Assembly (NCBI GenBank): GCA_947627755.1
Contig: CANQXD010000004.1
Location: 6,441 to 70,440 of the forward strand
Length of the DNA: 64,000 nt
Direction: 5' to 3'
Source: an uncultured Clostridia bacterium
GTDB lineage: Bacteria > Bacillota > Clostridia > TANB77 > CAG-508
In this document: one piece after another, positions 1 through 10,924 of the stretch
Position numbering within the stretch: position 1 is the first letter of the stretch
Layout of the letters: each line of letters starts with the position of its first letter
Made by a program: the position numbers and the translations under genes
Notes under the pieces: generated by a model
Database searches by the model: none
Seen by the model: the letters and a program-made list of their open reading frames with translations, nothing else
What the model was told of the DNA's origin: nothing

Positions 1-1
1 T

Positions 2-508
2 TTAGGAGAAATGTTTGCACAAGATATTCCTTTATCTTTAACTGCTAGTATCTGTTTTGAGCAATTATACAATGGCGTTGATGGTGATAGTGCTTCTAGT
101 ACCGAATTATATGCTATTTTGTCTAGCTTATCTGGTATTCCTATTCATCAATCTATTGCCGTTACTGGTTCTGTTAATCAAAAAGGAGAAATTCAACCAA
201 TTGGTGGCGTTAATGACAAAATTGAAGGCTTCTTCCAAGTATGTAAAATGCGTGGTTTAGATGGTTCTCATGGTGTTATGATTCCAAAACAAAATATTAA
301 AAATTTAAGTTTATCGGAAGAAATTGTAGACGCTGTAAAGAAACAAAGGTTCCACATTTATGCTATTTCTACTATTGAAGAAGGAATTGAAATTTTAACG
401 GATGTTCCTGCTGGTAAGAAAGATGCAAATGGAAGATTTCCTGCTGGTTCGATTAATTACTTGGCATATCAAAAATTAAAAAAATATGCAGAAATTAGTA
501 AAAAGTAA
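2..508 (+). CDS. Lon-related protease, C-terminal S16 proteolytic domain (5' part lies outside the window)
   Basis: Frame is open to the window edge. DGDSASS ... VTGSVNQKGEIQPIGGVNDKIEGFF resembles the Ser/Lys catalytic region of YcbZ/COG1067-type Lon-like proteases. Confidence 0.7.
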   Translation, partial: LGEMFAQDIPLSLTASICFEQLYNGVDGDSASSTELYAILSSLSGIPIHQSIAVTGSVNQKGEIQPIGGVNDKIEGFFQVCKMRGLDGSHGVMIPKQNIKNLSLSEEIVDAVKKQRFHIYAISTIEEGIEILTDVPAGKKDANGRFPAGSINYLAYQKLKKYAEISKK

Positions 509-516
509 AAGAGAGG

Positions 517-951
517 TTAATCCTCTCTTTCACTTTCTGAAAATTTAGAATCAAGGTCGGAAAGTCTTTCTTTTTCCTCTTCTTCTACTCTTGAAAATTC
601 TCCATAAATTATGGCTTGTGGAATACAAAGTAAAAATGCTACAAAGAACCAAATGGAAAGTATAATGCTACTTATTGCTAAAATAGAAAATACTAATTTT
701 GTGCTGAGAGGCCTTTTTACTAAATAATAAGTTAGCCTTTTAAAGAAACATTTCTTAAAAAAGCCTGCCATTATTAGCAGTATAAGAAAATAAGTAATTA
801 TTGATAATAAGCAGTAGCTTTTTGCAATAACTGCTCCCATTATACTAGCAATTTCCCCTATCACAAGTTCAATTAGGACTAGCACCACTAGTATTATTTC
901 CTTCCGATTCGTTGTAAGCCAATTTTCAATGCTTCTTAACTTTTTTTCCAT
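517..951 (-). CDS. hypothetical membrane protein
   Basis: Several hydrophobic helices and an acidic C-terminus. No family recognised. Confidence 0.45.
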   Translation of the reverse strand: MEKKLRSIENWLTTNRKEIILVVLVLIELVIGEIASIMGAVIAKSYCLLSIITYFLILLIMAGFFKKCFFKRLTYYLVKRPLSTKLVFSILAISSIILSIWFFVAFLLCIPQAIIYGEFSRVEEEEKERLSDLDSKFSESERED

Positions 952-1223
952 ATTTTTGTCCTCCTACCAATAAGTTTATTGATTGAATCTGCATACAAAT
1001 GCACTTTAACGTTACGAGTTATATTTTAGCACAATTTTCGGAAAAGAGCAATACTTATAAAACTATATAAAAAAGCGAGCCTAAGATTTTCTAACAAATG
1101 AAAATTTTAAGAAAATCTAAGGCTCGCCATATTTATCGTCTGCGGAAAGTCCTCCTTCAAGGAGAACTTTCCTACTATATAAAAAAGTAGAGCTCATTTT
1201 GAACTCTACTTTTTAGGTTTGCT

Positions 1224-1637
1224 TTAAGATACTTTGCTAAACAAATATCGGCTTCTTAAGTCGGCTTTTATTTTTTCTGCTATGAGCATAACGGAAATTG
1301 TTTGCAGAGAATCTCTTACTGCCTCATTTGGCTCCTTTTTGTTTGTAAAACCCGCCTTAAACATTTCTTTAAAAGCTACTATTTGTAAATCTTCCATATC
1401 CTGCTTTGCAATTGAAGCTTTCAAGTAGTTCAAAGTAACTTTTTCTATTTCTTTCTCCTCCATTTTTTGCTCTGCAACTTTCAGATTATGCTTTATATTT
1501 TGAGCATGTATGTTGAAGAAAGAAGAAAAAGTTTCTTTTAAAAATTTGTCAAATTCTTCTGATGCATCACCCTGCAAATACATAGCAAAAATATCCTCTT
1601 TTTCCATTTCAAAAGAAATCGTTATCCGCTCTCCCAT
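1224..1637 (-). CDS. hypothetical protein
   Basis: 137-aa ORF followed by hairpin terminators at about 1181-1213 and 1075-1130. No family recognised. Confidence 0.45.
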   Translation of the reverse strand: MGERITISFEMEKEDIFAMYLQGDASEEFDKFLKETFSSFFNIHAQNIKHNLKVAEQKMEEKEIEKVTLNYLKASIAKQDMEDLQIVAFKEMFKAGFTNKKEPNEAVRDSLQTISVMLIAEKIKADLRSRYLFSKVS

Positions 1638-1751
1638 AAAAGCTACCTCCTAAAATTTTTTATGTAATCATTATACTATTATTTTTGAGTTATGTCAATT
1701 TTAGAATAATAAATTTCAAATCATTTTTCAAAACAAACTTATGACTAATTT

Positions 1752-2468
1752 TCAAAATAAATTTCTAACCACTGCCACTACCATATAAATCATAATTTTT
1801 ACTATACAATTTATCATTAAAATATAATTGTATGCTGGAATGCCTAAATGATTTATTCTATTATATTCTTCTACTATTTCTTCTACTTCTTCTTTTGTGC
1901 AAATAGGATTTTTTTCAATATAATCTAGCATATATTCTTTTGCCAAATATGGTGCTTTTGTCATAGCATCTGTTTCTAAGAAAGACCTTATTACATAATA
2001 GAAAAAACTTAATAAACTTAAAATAATAATTTGTAATTTGATGTCTTTGAAAATTCCTAATATAGTTAAAATAATGCTTAAGGTAAAATAAAAAAGATAA
2101 ATATTAGAATAAATAAAATTAAAAATTAGTAATTTTTTGCTTTGTACAGAATGTAAACATTCATGGGCAATCGTTTGAATTCTGGTATAAGTATCTTTAA
2201 TATTAGCAATAAAAATAGTGTCGGAAATAGCAATGTAAAGGCTTGCTTGTGTGTCATTATCATTACTTTCTTTTATATTTACTTTTGTATTATTTAATTT
2301 TTCTAAAATTGCTTCGCAAATTTCCTTATTTTCTGGAAATTTGTAAGTTAGTTCATCTAATTTTTTATTATGACCTGCCCTTTTCATTTCTTTCATTTGA
2401 ATATTAAAAATAAAATAACCTATCATTATCATTAAAATTAATACTACTAAAATTATAATATACTCCAT
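1752..2468 (-). CDS. putative membrane-anchored zinc metallopeptidase (HExxH)
   Basis: N-terminal TM helix, an IAHECLHSVQ (HExxH) motif and further TM helices. Confidence 0.4.
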   Translation of the reverse strand: MEYIIILVVLILMIMIGYFIFNIQMKEMKRAGHNKKLDELTYKFPENKEICEAILEKLNNTKVNIKESNDNDTQASLYIAISDTIFIANIKDTYTRIQTIAHECLHSVQSKKLLIFNFIYSNIYLFYFTLSIILTILGIFKDIKLQIIILSLLSFFYYVIRSFLETDAMTKAPYLAKEYMLDYIEKNPICTKEEVEEIVEEYNRINHLGIPAYNYILMINCIVKIMIYMVVAVVRNLF

Positions 2469-2621
2469 TTTATTTCTCCTTTTTCTTTTGTGTTTTTATT
2501 CATTAAAATAAATTCATATTTCTTTTTCTAATAAATAGTTTGTATCATGCATCAAACTATTCTAAATTTTTTCAAACAAAAAGTCGCAAATGATTTTTAT
2601 CATTTACGACATTATTCGACA

Positions 2622-2969
2622 TTATAATACATCTTGAACTGATTCTGCTATGATTTTATTAACATCAGCTAGCATAACATTAAATTTTACTTCTAAATCG
2701 AAGTATTCTTTAATTTCTTTATTTTGAATTAAAACAGTATACATCTCTTGCAATTTTTTATTTTTTTCTTCTTCTACTTCCTTGCCTTGCATTGCTAGAA
2801 CTTGCACTTCGTAGCGTGTTTTTTCAAAATCATCTACTTTTTTCTTCAATTCTTGATTTGCTTCTATCTTTTGCTTTGCATCTTTATATTGTATATATTC
2901 TTCAGAAGTTTTTATCTCTTGTGCTAAACGATTTGCTGTATCATATACATTCATTTTTTCATCCTCCAA
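2622..2969 (-). CDS. YlbF/YmcA-family (UPF0342) regulatory protein
   Basis: About 110-aa helical protein. The pattern A..LA..I..SEEY..YK.A...I.....L...V..F matches my memory of YlbF-like proteins. Confidence 0.55.
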   Translation of the reverse strand: MEDEKMNVYDTANRLAQEIKTSEEYIQYKDAKQKIEANQELKKKVDDFEKTRYEVQVLAMQGKEVEEEKNKKLQEMYTVLIQNKEIKEYFDLEVKFNVMLADVNKIIAESVQDVL

Positions 2970-2985
2970 TGTCTCTTTGGTAAGT

Positions 2986-3095
2986 TACCATTGGGGACGT
3001 TTCCTTTTGGTATATCTGTCCCTTTTGGTACTTTATTATAACAATGTAATTACCATTAGGGACAGATATACCAAAAGGAAACGTCCCCAATGGTC
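2986..3095. repeat. two inverted copies of GGGAC-core element family A, forming a hairpin with a stem of about 35 bp
   Basis: CCATTGGGGACGTTTCCTTTTGGTATATCTGTCCC (about 2988-3022) is the reverse complement of about 3059-3093. The same unit recurs at 22467, 32560, 32721, 32968, 46163 and 63605. Confidence 0.85.
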
Positions 3096-3106
3096 CCCAA
3101 CAATAA

Positions 3107-4399
3107 CTATGCATAGGCATGTTTTTTCTTGAAAGCTAATAGATTTGTAATTTCTGACTCTGTATTTTTTGCTTTTTTAGTTTTTTCAGCCTTTTCTTGT
3201 GCAATTTGTTTTGCTTGTTTTTCTGCCATTGTTTGACAAATTGCTTTTTGATATGTAAAGTGTGTATCTTGTGCTATTTTATTCCAGTTGTAACATTCTT
3301 TTACTTTTGCTTTTGCATTTTTTGCTACATTTGCTGCTAATTGATGGTCATATAGCAAGCTTAAAATAGAGTCTGCAATAGAATTTGCATTTCCTGCATA
3401 ACTTTTCATTCCTGTTACTCTATGCTCTACTATTTCATTTAATCCACCAATATCGGATACTACTGTTGGAACGCCTGCAAGCATTGCCTCTAATGCTACA
3501 ATACCAAATGGTTCATAAGTGCTTGGAAATACAGCAATATCACTGCATTTATACATTTTTTGTACTTGTTTTGAGTCTAAATAACCAGTAAAATATACTT
3601 TATTATCTATTCCCATAGCGTGTACTTGGGCTTTCAGTTCATCTAACATTCCACCTTTTCCTGCAATAATTAGTTTGCTATCGTGGTAATTTTCCAATAT
3701 TTTTGGCATAGCAGAAATTAAGTGTTGAACTCCTTTTTCATAAACTAGTCTTCCCATATATAGAATTATTTTTTCATTATCTAGTGCATATTGTCTACGG
3801 AAATCATAATCTCTTTCTATACCAGAGAAATTATTTAAATTGATTCCATTTGGAATAACGTTTATTTTATCAAAAGGAAGTCCAAATAGTCCTTGAATAT
3901 GTCCTTTCATAAAATTGCTATTTACAATCACTTCTGTAGATTCATAAGTAAGCATCCATTCTACATCATTTATATAACGTTGCGTTTCATCATGAATTCC
4001 GTTATTTCTACCAGATTCCGTCGCATGAATAGTACTTACAAGTGGAATATCGTAAGCATGTTTTAAAGTTTTTGCACTATTTGCTACTAACCAATCATGT
4101 GCATGAATTACATCAAATTTCCCTTGTTTTGCAATAATTTCCGATGCCTTTGCCACCATATTAAAATTTAATTGCATAATCCAGTCGATAAAGTTGTTTG
4201 GCTGAATCATATCGTTATCGACACGATATACTTCTACTCCTTTGTCGTTTTCGTAGTAAGGCATATTTCCTTCTCTATATGTTACTACGGTAACATCATG
4301 TCCGTCTTTGATAAGACGCTGTGATAAATCGTGCACAACTCTTGCAATTCCTCCTACAATTCTTGGTGGATATTCCCATGTTAGCATCAATATTTTCAT
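3107..4399 (-). CDS. GT4/GT5-type glycosyltransferase (alpha-glucan/glycogen synthase-like)
   Basis: MKILMLTWEYPPRIVGGIARVV N-terminus and FPSTYEPFGIVALEAM GT-B motif. The ATG at 4399 has an AAAGGGG RBS. The track start at 4426 is a TTG alternative. Confidence 0.8.
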   Translation of the reverse strand: MKILMLTWEYPPRIVGGIARVVHDLSQRLIKDGHDVTVVTYREGNMPYYENDKGVEVYRVDNDMIQPNNFIDWIMQLNFNMVAKASEIIAKQGKFDVIHAHDWLVANSAKTLKHAYDIPLVSTIHATESGRNNGIHDETQRYINDVEWMLTYESTEVIVNSNFMKGHIQGLFGLPFDKINVIPNGINLNNFSGIERDYDFRRQYALDNEKIILYMGRLVYEKGVQHLISAMPKILENYHDSKLIIAGKGGMLDELKAQVHAMGIDNKVYFTGYLDSKQVQKMYKCSDIAVFPSTYEPFGIVALEAMLAGVPTVVSDIGGLNEIVEHRVTGMKSYAGNANSIADSILSLLYDHQLAANVAKNAKAKVKECYNWNKIAQDTHFTYQKAICQTMAEKQAKQIAQEKAEKTKKAKNTESEITNLLAFKKKHAYA

Positions 4400-4611
4400 A
4401 GGCTTTTTTTGCCCCTTTCTTCCCAATTTTCTTTTGTTAATTTTGTTTTCTTTATTCTATACAACTTTTCGATAAAAGTAAACATTTTTTGATAAAATAT
4501 TTACTTTTTTATTCCATTTTTTATTTTTCTTTTTATTATCTATTGAATTTCTTTTCTTTTTGATATAGTATATAAGGAAGAAAAGTATGAAATTTTACTA
4601 AGGAGGAAATT

Positions 4612-5499
4612 ATGCTAAGAAAAGCAAAAGAAGAAGTAAAAAATGTCGAAAAAGAAACAATAAAAAAATCAAAAGCTTCTACAAAAAAATCAACTAATAC
4701 TAAAAAAGCTTCTAATATTGAAAAAAAGTCTGGTAGTAAGCAATCTTCTAATATATCTAGTAGTAAAAAAGCACTAGAACCTGTAAATAAAGTAACAGCT
4801 AAAAAAACAGCTAAAAAAGATAATGCCAAGAACACATTAAACAAGAAAACTCCTAGTAAAAAAGTTTCAACCAAAAAAGTAACTACTAAAAAGCCAACTT
4901 CTAAGAAACAAGCTTCAAAAATTGCTATTAGTGAATATTATGACTTACCTTATCGCTATAATCAAACCGTCGTAAAAGTTTTAGCACAAACACCAAATAC
5001 TCTATTTGTTTATTGGGACATTTCAGACGAAGATAGAAAAAATTATATTGAGCAATATGGACCTTACTTTTTTAATGATACAAAACCTGTTTTAGTAGTA
5101 CATAATAAAACTAAAAATTATGACTTCGAAGTAGATATTGACGATTTTGCAAATAGCTGGTATCTTCATTTAGTTGATAGCAATTGTGAATATGAAATTG
5201 AACTTGGAAGGCGTCCTATCAATGAATATGCAAAAATAGAAAATTATTTACCAATTAGTAATTCCAATTCTATGGAATCACCAAATGACCACATTTTGTT
5301 AGATAAATTATCTCACGTTATTTACTTTAAAAATGTAAAAACAAATGAGGTAAAAACTAAAACCACCTTAAGTCTTCTTAAGAAAATTGGTAAAATTTCT
5401 TCTATGGCTGAGTTTTATCAAAAATTATATCCAGAAGAAGAAATTAATTTTACAAAATTAGATTTAAGAAATCCATCTTCTAGTTCTTTCTTTAAGTAA
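4612..5499 (+). CDS. DUF4912-domain protein with Lys-rich low-complexity N-terminus
   Basis: YDLPYRYNQTVVKVLAQTPNTLFVYWDISDEDR resembles the DUF4912 signature that accompanies GH57/GT4 alpha-glucan genes. Confidence 0.65.
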   Translation: MLRKAKEEVKNVEKETIKKSKASTKKSTNTKKASNIEKKSGSKQSSNISSSKKALEPVNKVTAKKTAKKDNAKNTLNKKTPSKKVSTKKVTTKKPTSKKQASKIAISEYYDLPYRYNQTVVKVLAQTPNTLFVYWDISDEDRKNYIEQYGPYFFNDTKPVLVVHNKTKNYDFEVDIDDFANSWYLHLVDSNCEYEIELGRRPINEYAKIENYLPISNSNSMESPNDHILLDKLSHVIYFKNVKTNEVKTKTTLSLLKKIGKISSMAEFYQKLYPEEEINFTKLDLRNPSSSSFFK

Positions 5500-5635
5500 A
5501 ATCTAAGAATATAAAATAATTTTTTTTGATTATGAAAGAAATATAAACTTTAATTTATATATAATGACTTTGCGAACTAATTACTTACTACTTAGTTCGC
5601 AATTGTTTTGACAAATTTGACAAAGGAGAAAAATT

Positions 5636-7226
5636 ATGCAAAATCCAAAAGGCTATGTAAGTTTTGTTTTACATGCCCATTTACCTTTTATACATCATCC
5701 AGAAAGTGAAAATTATTTAGAGGAGCAATGGCTATTTGAAGCAATTTCCGAGACCTATCTTCCCCTTCTTACGAATTTTCAAAAATTAGTTGAAGAAAAC
5801 GTAGATTTTCGAATTACTATGTCTATGACACCTCCTCTTTTAAATATGTTAGATAATAAATTATTACAACAAAGATATATAAAATATCTAAAGAAACATA
5901 TTGAACTTGCAAAAAAAGAGACAAAAAGAACCGCAGATGATAAACGTATCAATGAACTTTCCTACTATTATTTAGAAAAGTATTCTAATGACTTACATTT
6001 ATTTCATGAAGTTTATCAAGATAATATTATTCAAGGTTTTAAACATTTTCAAGATATTGGTGTATTAGAAATTATTACTTGCCGGAGCAACTCATGGTTA
6101 CTTCCCTATTTTATATATCACAGAGCAAACCATAAAGGCACAAATTGCAGTTGGTGTGCAGACTTATGAAAAATATTTTGGAAGAAAGCCACGTGGTATA
6201 TGGCTTCCAGAATGTGGCTATGTACCAGAAGCTGACCAATATTTAAAAGAATTTGGTATTGATTATATCATCACTGAATCTCATGGTATTTTATATGCAG
6301 ACCCTACCCCTATTTATGGAACTTATGCTCCTATTGTTTCTCCAAAAGGTGTTATTGCTTTTGGTAGAGATATGGAATCTTCTAGGCAAGTATGGAGTTC
6401 TATCAATGGTTATCCTGGAGACTTTAATTATCGTGAATTTTATCGTGATATTGGCTATGATGCAGACTACGACTATATTAAGCCTTACATTGCTCACAAT
6501 GGAGTTCGTGTTCATACTGGAATTAAGTACCATAGAATTACAGGAAAAGATTGTGAAAAAGATGTTTATAATTTACAATGGGCAAAAGATTCTGCAGAAA
6601 AACAAGCAAGCCATTTTCTAGATTCTAGAAAAAGCCAAATTTCAGTTGCTTCTTCTTATATGGAAAACCCTCCTATTATTCTATGTCCTTATGATGCTGA
6701 ACTTTATGGACATTGGTGGTATGAAGGTCCTTACTGGCTATATATTTTATTTAAAAAGATTCACTTTGATCAAAATGATTTTAAACTCATCACACCTAGC
6801 GAATATATAGCTAAATACCCTGAAATGCAAGTTGCTACTCCTTGTCGTTCTAGTTGGGGCGCTAATGGCTATAGCGGAGTTTGGTTAAATGAAACAAATG
6901 ACTATGTTCATCGCCATTTACACGTTGCAGGAGACCGTATGGTAGAGCTTGCTAATACATATTCAAATGAAAAAGAACCTTTAAAAGTACAAGCTTTAAA
7001 CCAATGTGCAAGAGAATTACTTTTAGCCCAAAGTAGTGACTGGTTATTTATTATTACCAATGGAACAATGGTGGATTACGCTAAAAAAAGAATTAAAGAA
7101 CATATTGGTCGCTTTACCAAATTATATGAACAAATTAAAGAAAATAAAATTGATGAAAACTTTTTAAAAGACTTGCAAGAAAAAGATTGCATCTTCCCTG
7201 AAATTGATTATAAGATTTATAATTAA
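5636..7226 (+). pseudogene. glycoside hydrolase family 57 (alpha-glucan branching enzyme-like), split by a +1 frameshift near 6083
   Basis: Track ORFs 5636-6169 and 6156-7226 are in different frames. The first frame reads VLEIITC. The second frame continues GATHGYFPILYITEQTIKAQIAVGVQTYEKYFGRKPRGIWLPECGY, a continuous GH57 motif once one C at about 6083 is skipped. Confidence 0.8.
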
Positions 7227-7341
7227 ATTGCAAGCACAAGTTACCAAAAACTCCCTTTCTGAATAAAATATGTATATCTAAGTTTTTTTAGTAGATACTA
7301 ATACATAGAAAAAAGAAAAAGAAAGGGGATTTTTTTGTCTT

Positions 7342-8193
7342 ATGAAATCTTTTTGCATAAAAACGAATAACCAAGAAATCATACAGTATTTATTAAAAAA
7401 TTTAGAAACCTCTTCCTTAAAAAATATTTATTATATTCATAGAAAATTCAAATGTTATGAAAATGTTATAGTACATTATAAAGGTAATGAGCAAAGTCTT
7501 TTTTTAGGCTTTTTAGCTGATGTTTTAACTGATTGCATTCTTTTCTTTTACGAGCCTATCTTGCTTCGAAAAATCCTTTACTTTCACTACTTCTACTTTG
7601 ATGATTTTGAAAGAAAGTTAATTGAAGAAAATTGTTATAAACAAATTATTTTAGAAGAAGATGACACATTAAAATATAGGAAAGAAGAAATTTGGTCTTG
7701 TGTACTACTCTATCTTCATGAAAATAAATCTATGATTTTAGATGGCTTTGTTACGTTCCGTTTGGAAGATTATTGCCACACCTTAGAGGAAATTGTTGAC
7801 TGCGCTGTAAATGAATATGTGATAGAAAAAGAATATACTGAATTTATCAATTTATTAAAATTATATATTGATTCAAAGGAGCCTCTTTGTAATATTATTC
7901 ATTTAGTATATCACAATGGAGAATCCATTTTATTAAATCAAGAGAAGAATATCATCTCGCTTGATGATAATATTTTTCATGCAAGATATTTATCTGATAT
8001 ATCATTTTCTTCTAATGACTATGCCTTAAATGCCTTGCTTACTTTGCTTCCAAAAAGAATTGAAATTCATTTAATTGGGTATGAAGATGAATTTATTAAC
8101 ACGCTAAAATTGATTTTTGGCAATCGCATCTTTATTTGCAAAGATTGCAACATTTGCCGAACCTATCGCGTTTTAAACAACGTTCATAGTTAA
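7342..8193 (+). CDS. YtxC-like sporulation protein
   Basis: LDGFVTFRLEDY ... EYVIEKEYTEFINLLKLYI resembles the YtxC family (TIGR02834) as I remember it. Confidence 0.55.
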   Translation: MKSFCIKTNNQEIIQYLLKNLETSSLKNIYYIHRKFKCYENVIVHYKGNEQSLFLGFLADVLTDCILFFYEPILLRKILYFHYFYFDDFERKLIEENCYKQIILEEDDTLKYRKEEIWSCVLLYLHENKSMILDGFVTFRLEDYCHTLEEIVDCAVNEYVIEKEYTEFINLLKLYIDSKEPLCNIIHLVYHNGESILLNQEKNIISLDDNIFHARYLSDISFSSNDYALNALLTLLPKRIEIHLIGYEDEFINTLKLIFGNRIFICKDCNICRTYRVLNNVHS

Positions 8194-8203
8194 TTTATAT
8201 TTA

Positions 8204-8254
8204 AGGGACGGAGCATTTTCTATAACATATTTTTATAGAATTTGCTCCGTCCTA
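8204..8254. terminator. bidirectional hairpin terminator between convergent genes
   Basis: GGGACGGAGCATTTTCTATAA ... TTATAGAATTTGCTCCGTCC is a long imperfect inverted repeat. Confidence 0.6.
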
Positions 8255-8261
8255 AAATTTA

Positions 8262-8609
8262 TTATTTCATATTATCAAGTCCGCCTTCTATTTGGTACAA
8301 ATTAGTATATCCTTGCTCTTGCAAAAGTTTTAAAGCTCTTTGACTTCTACTTCCAGACTGACAATAAATAATTATGGTATTTTCTTTGCTTTTTAATAAT
8401 TTTTCTGCATTTCTTTCTAAATCATATAAAGGATAGTTCATGCTTCCGTCTAAATGCCCTTCTTTATATTCTTGCGGACTTCTTACATCCACTAATATAG
8501 CTTGTTTATCGTTTTTTAAAATTGTTTTTGCATTTTCATAATCTATATTATTTTCTTCACTATTTCGATATTTTCGAAAGAAATGTTTTATACTTTCATA
8601 TATTTTCAT
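8262..8609 (-). CDS. rhodanese-domain sulfurtransferase
   Basis: ILVDVRSPQEYKEGHLDGS ... IIIYCQSGSRS contains the active-site Cys loop. The ATG at 8609 has a GGAAGTG RBS, so the longer track start is unlikely. Confidence 0.8.
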   Translation of the reverse strand: MKIYESIKHFFRKYRNSEENNIDYENAKTILKNDKQAILVDVRSPQEYKEGHLDGSMNYPLYDLERNAEKLLKSKENTIIIYCQSGSRSQRALKLLQEQGYTNLYQIEGGLDNMK

Positions 8610-8810
8610 ATTTTCACTTCCTGTCTTATAAAATCTAATATTGTATGATACAAAAATAGACATCCTATTCTATTTTATGAAGGATGTCTATTTTTTGTTA
8701 TTTTTATTACTTTTCTCTGTTATATTATTGTTGTTTTATTTTTATAGTTATTATTTATTGCTATTTTTATTATATATCGTTTATTTTCTTTATGATTCTA
8801 TTTTTATACT

Positions 8811-9437
8811 TTAATTGTTACATAATTTTGCTATTGTTGTTAAAACGAATAACACAGCAGCTATTGGCATTGTAAATTGATTTATTGGTAATCTTGTAAT
8901 AGCAAGTATTGCAAAATATAATAATTGAATTGCAACAATTCCTACTACTGTTTCTGCTAATGCTTTTGGCATACTTATTTCATTTCCTTGATGCTTATAT
9001 ATTGCTATATAGATGATGAAATAAACTATAACTAAAGCAAATGAAATAATAGCTGGTATGATATAAGGTTTTACAATATCTACAATGCTTACGCTTGGAA
9101 CTTCTGTTACTAATATATCCTCTGTTTCATTTTCAATGCCATATTTTTCGTTTATTTTTGTATTTAAATTTTCTAATTGCTCATCTGTTATATCTTTTAC
9201 ACTGATAGCTACCATATCTTCGTATAATTCTACTTTTTGAATGACTATTTTTTGGTTTCCTATAATTTCTTTTACCATGTCATATATTTCTTTATTTTCG
9301 AATTCTTCTCCAATATAGATATCTACTTCTTTATGGTCGCTATATGTAAAACCAAGGTTGAAGCCCCAAATAGAAGCAACTACAATACCTATTATTATAA
9401 TAAGAGCAATAATTCCGATTCCTATTTTCTTTTTCAT
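8811..9437 (-). CDS. SecF-like membrane protein (short, divergent)
   Basis: N-terminal TM, a GFNLGFTY segment like the SecF GLNLGIDFTGG region, and C-terminal TM helices. It directly follows the SecD-like gene. Confidence 0.35.
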   Translation of the reverse strand: MKKKIGIGIIALIIIIGIVVASIWGFNLGFTYSDHKEVDIYIGEEFENKEIYDMVKEIIGNQKIVIQKVELYEDMVAISVKDITDEQLENLNTKINEKYGIENETEDILVTEVPSVSIVDIVKPYIIPAIISFALVIVYFIIYIAIYKHQGNEISMPKALAETVVGIVAIQLLYFAILAITRLPINQFTMPIAAVLFVLTTIAKLCNN

Positions 9438-9452
9438 GCTTCTTCCCTCCTT

Positions 9453-10838
9453 CTAATCTCTAAGCATAAGGTTTGTTATGCTTATATGATATAATAGTGC
9501 AATGGCAATTCCCCAGAATAATACTACACCTATTGAAATATCCATAAAAGTAAAGGTGATTGCAATAATTAAGGAAGGAATTAAGATAATTAGTGCATTT
9601 TTTACTACTTTTATGATTTCTTTTTGTTTTAAGATACTATTTTCGATGAAGTAGCTAATAATTACACTTAACGCTATTCCAATTAGACCTGCAATAGAGA
9701 TTTCTACATTAAAGTATCTTATTGCAATTAGTAAAATGGCTATATAGCCTACAAGTGAAATGCTTGCTAAAATTCCTTTTGTTTTGTATTTAATTATGAA
9801 ATAAATCATTCCAATTGCTACAATAGCTATAGCTACACTTATTGCAATTGCAATTGATTGTGATGTGATATCTGAATAGATGAATTGATTTTGATCTATT
9901 TCATATATAACTGGCATTTTACCACTATCTATTAAACTTGCTATATTTGATGCTTCTGTTAAATATTCTTGTAATTGTTCTTGTGTTGCATTTGCTGAAG
10001 AACCTACTGATAATTGTAAAATTCCATTAGTAATTTCGTTATCAAAATAGGTTGTAAGTAAAGTAGTATCGTCTAATTTAAGTGCAATTTCTTTCGTTAC
10101 TGTTTCTTGAGTTTCTTCTGTTTGTTCGGTTTGGTCTGTACTTTGTGTTTCTTCAGTTTGTTGTTCATTTCCGTTTTGATTATCTTGTTCTTCTGTTGTT
10201 TCAACATAAGTATTGGTTATATTCTTGAATTTTTCGGTTCCTTCTTTATTAAATTCAAAGTTAATGAAAACAGTAACTGTTCCACTAGCATTGCTTCCAT
10301 AGCCAGCACGTACTGATTTTATATCATCGTTTGTCATTAAAACTTCGTTTGTGTCGTTATCTACTATTTCAAATTTTCCTTGTGAATACATTTGCCCAAC
10401 AATAACATCTGTATTTTCATTTTCTGGAACTTCTAATATAATTGTTCCATTTTCATTGCTTTGTTTAATGACATAGTCAGTTACATGCATTTTGCTTAAT
10501 CTTTTTTCAACAACAGCTTTTACTTTTTCATAGTTTTCTTGCGTTAAAATTTCTTCACTATTTACCTTTTTTTCCTCTGTTCTTGCAACTTCGGTTTCAG
10601 TATCTGTAGCTGAAATAACATTTCCTTCTGCATCATATTTAATAGTTTCTTTTACTTCATCACTTACTTTTAAGACTATTTTTCTATATCCCTTTAAGTC
10701 TCTTGCAAGTTGGTATTCTGGCAAAATATTGATATATTGACCTTTGCTTTGTACAAATATACCTCCAAATGATATTATTGCTAGTAAAACAATTACTAAA
10801 ATGATTAGTGTTAATTTTAAACCTTTGTACTTTTTCAT
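9453..10838 (-). CDS. SecD-like protein-export membrane protein (divergent)
   Basis: LARDLKGYRKIVLKV and VVEKRLSKMHVTDYVIKQSNENGTIILEVP resemble the SecD P1-head motifs. An acidic Q/E/T-rich insert and about 5 C-terminal TM helices follow. Confidence 0.5.
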   Translation of the reverse strand: MKKYKGLKLTLIILVIVLLAIISFGGIFVQSKGQYINILPEYQLARDLKGYRKIVLKVSDEVKETIKYDAEGNVISATDTETEVARTEEKKVNSEEILTQENYEKVKAVVEKRLSKMHVTDYVIKQSNENGTIILEVPENENTDVIVGQMYSQGKFEIVDNDTNEVLMTNDDIKSVRAGYGSNASGTVTVFINFEFNKEGTEKFKNITNTYVETTEEQDNQNGNEQQTEETQSTDQTEQTEETQETVTKEIALKLDDTTLLTTYFDNEITNGILQLSVGSSANATQEQLQEYLTEASNIASLIDSGKMPVIYEIDQNQFIYSDITSQSIAIAISVAIAIVAIGMIYFIIKYKTKGILASISLVGYIAILLIAIRYFNVEISIAGLIGIALSVIISYFIENSILKQKEIIKVVKNALIILIPSLIIAITFTFMDISIGVVLFWGIAIALLYHISITNLMLRD

Positions 10839-10924
10839 TTTTATTATCTTCCTTTCTTGTCTTGCCTTCGCTATAGAATATATTTGCGAAAGGTATCAAA
10901 ATTGTAATATTTTTATAGGTTATA

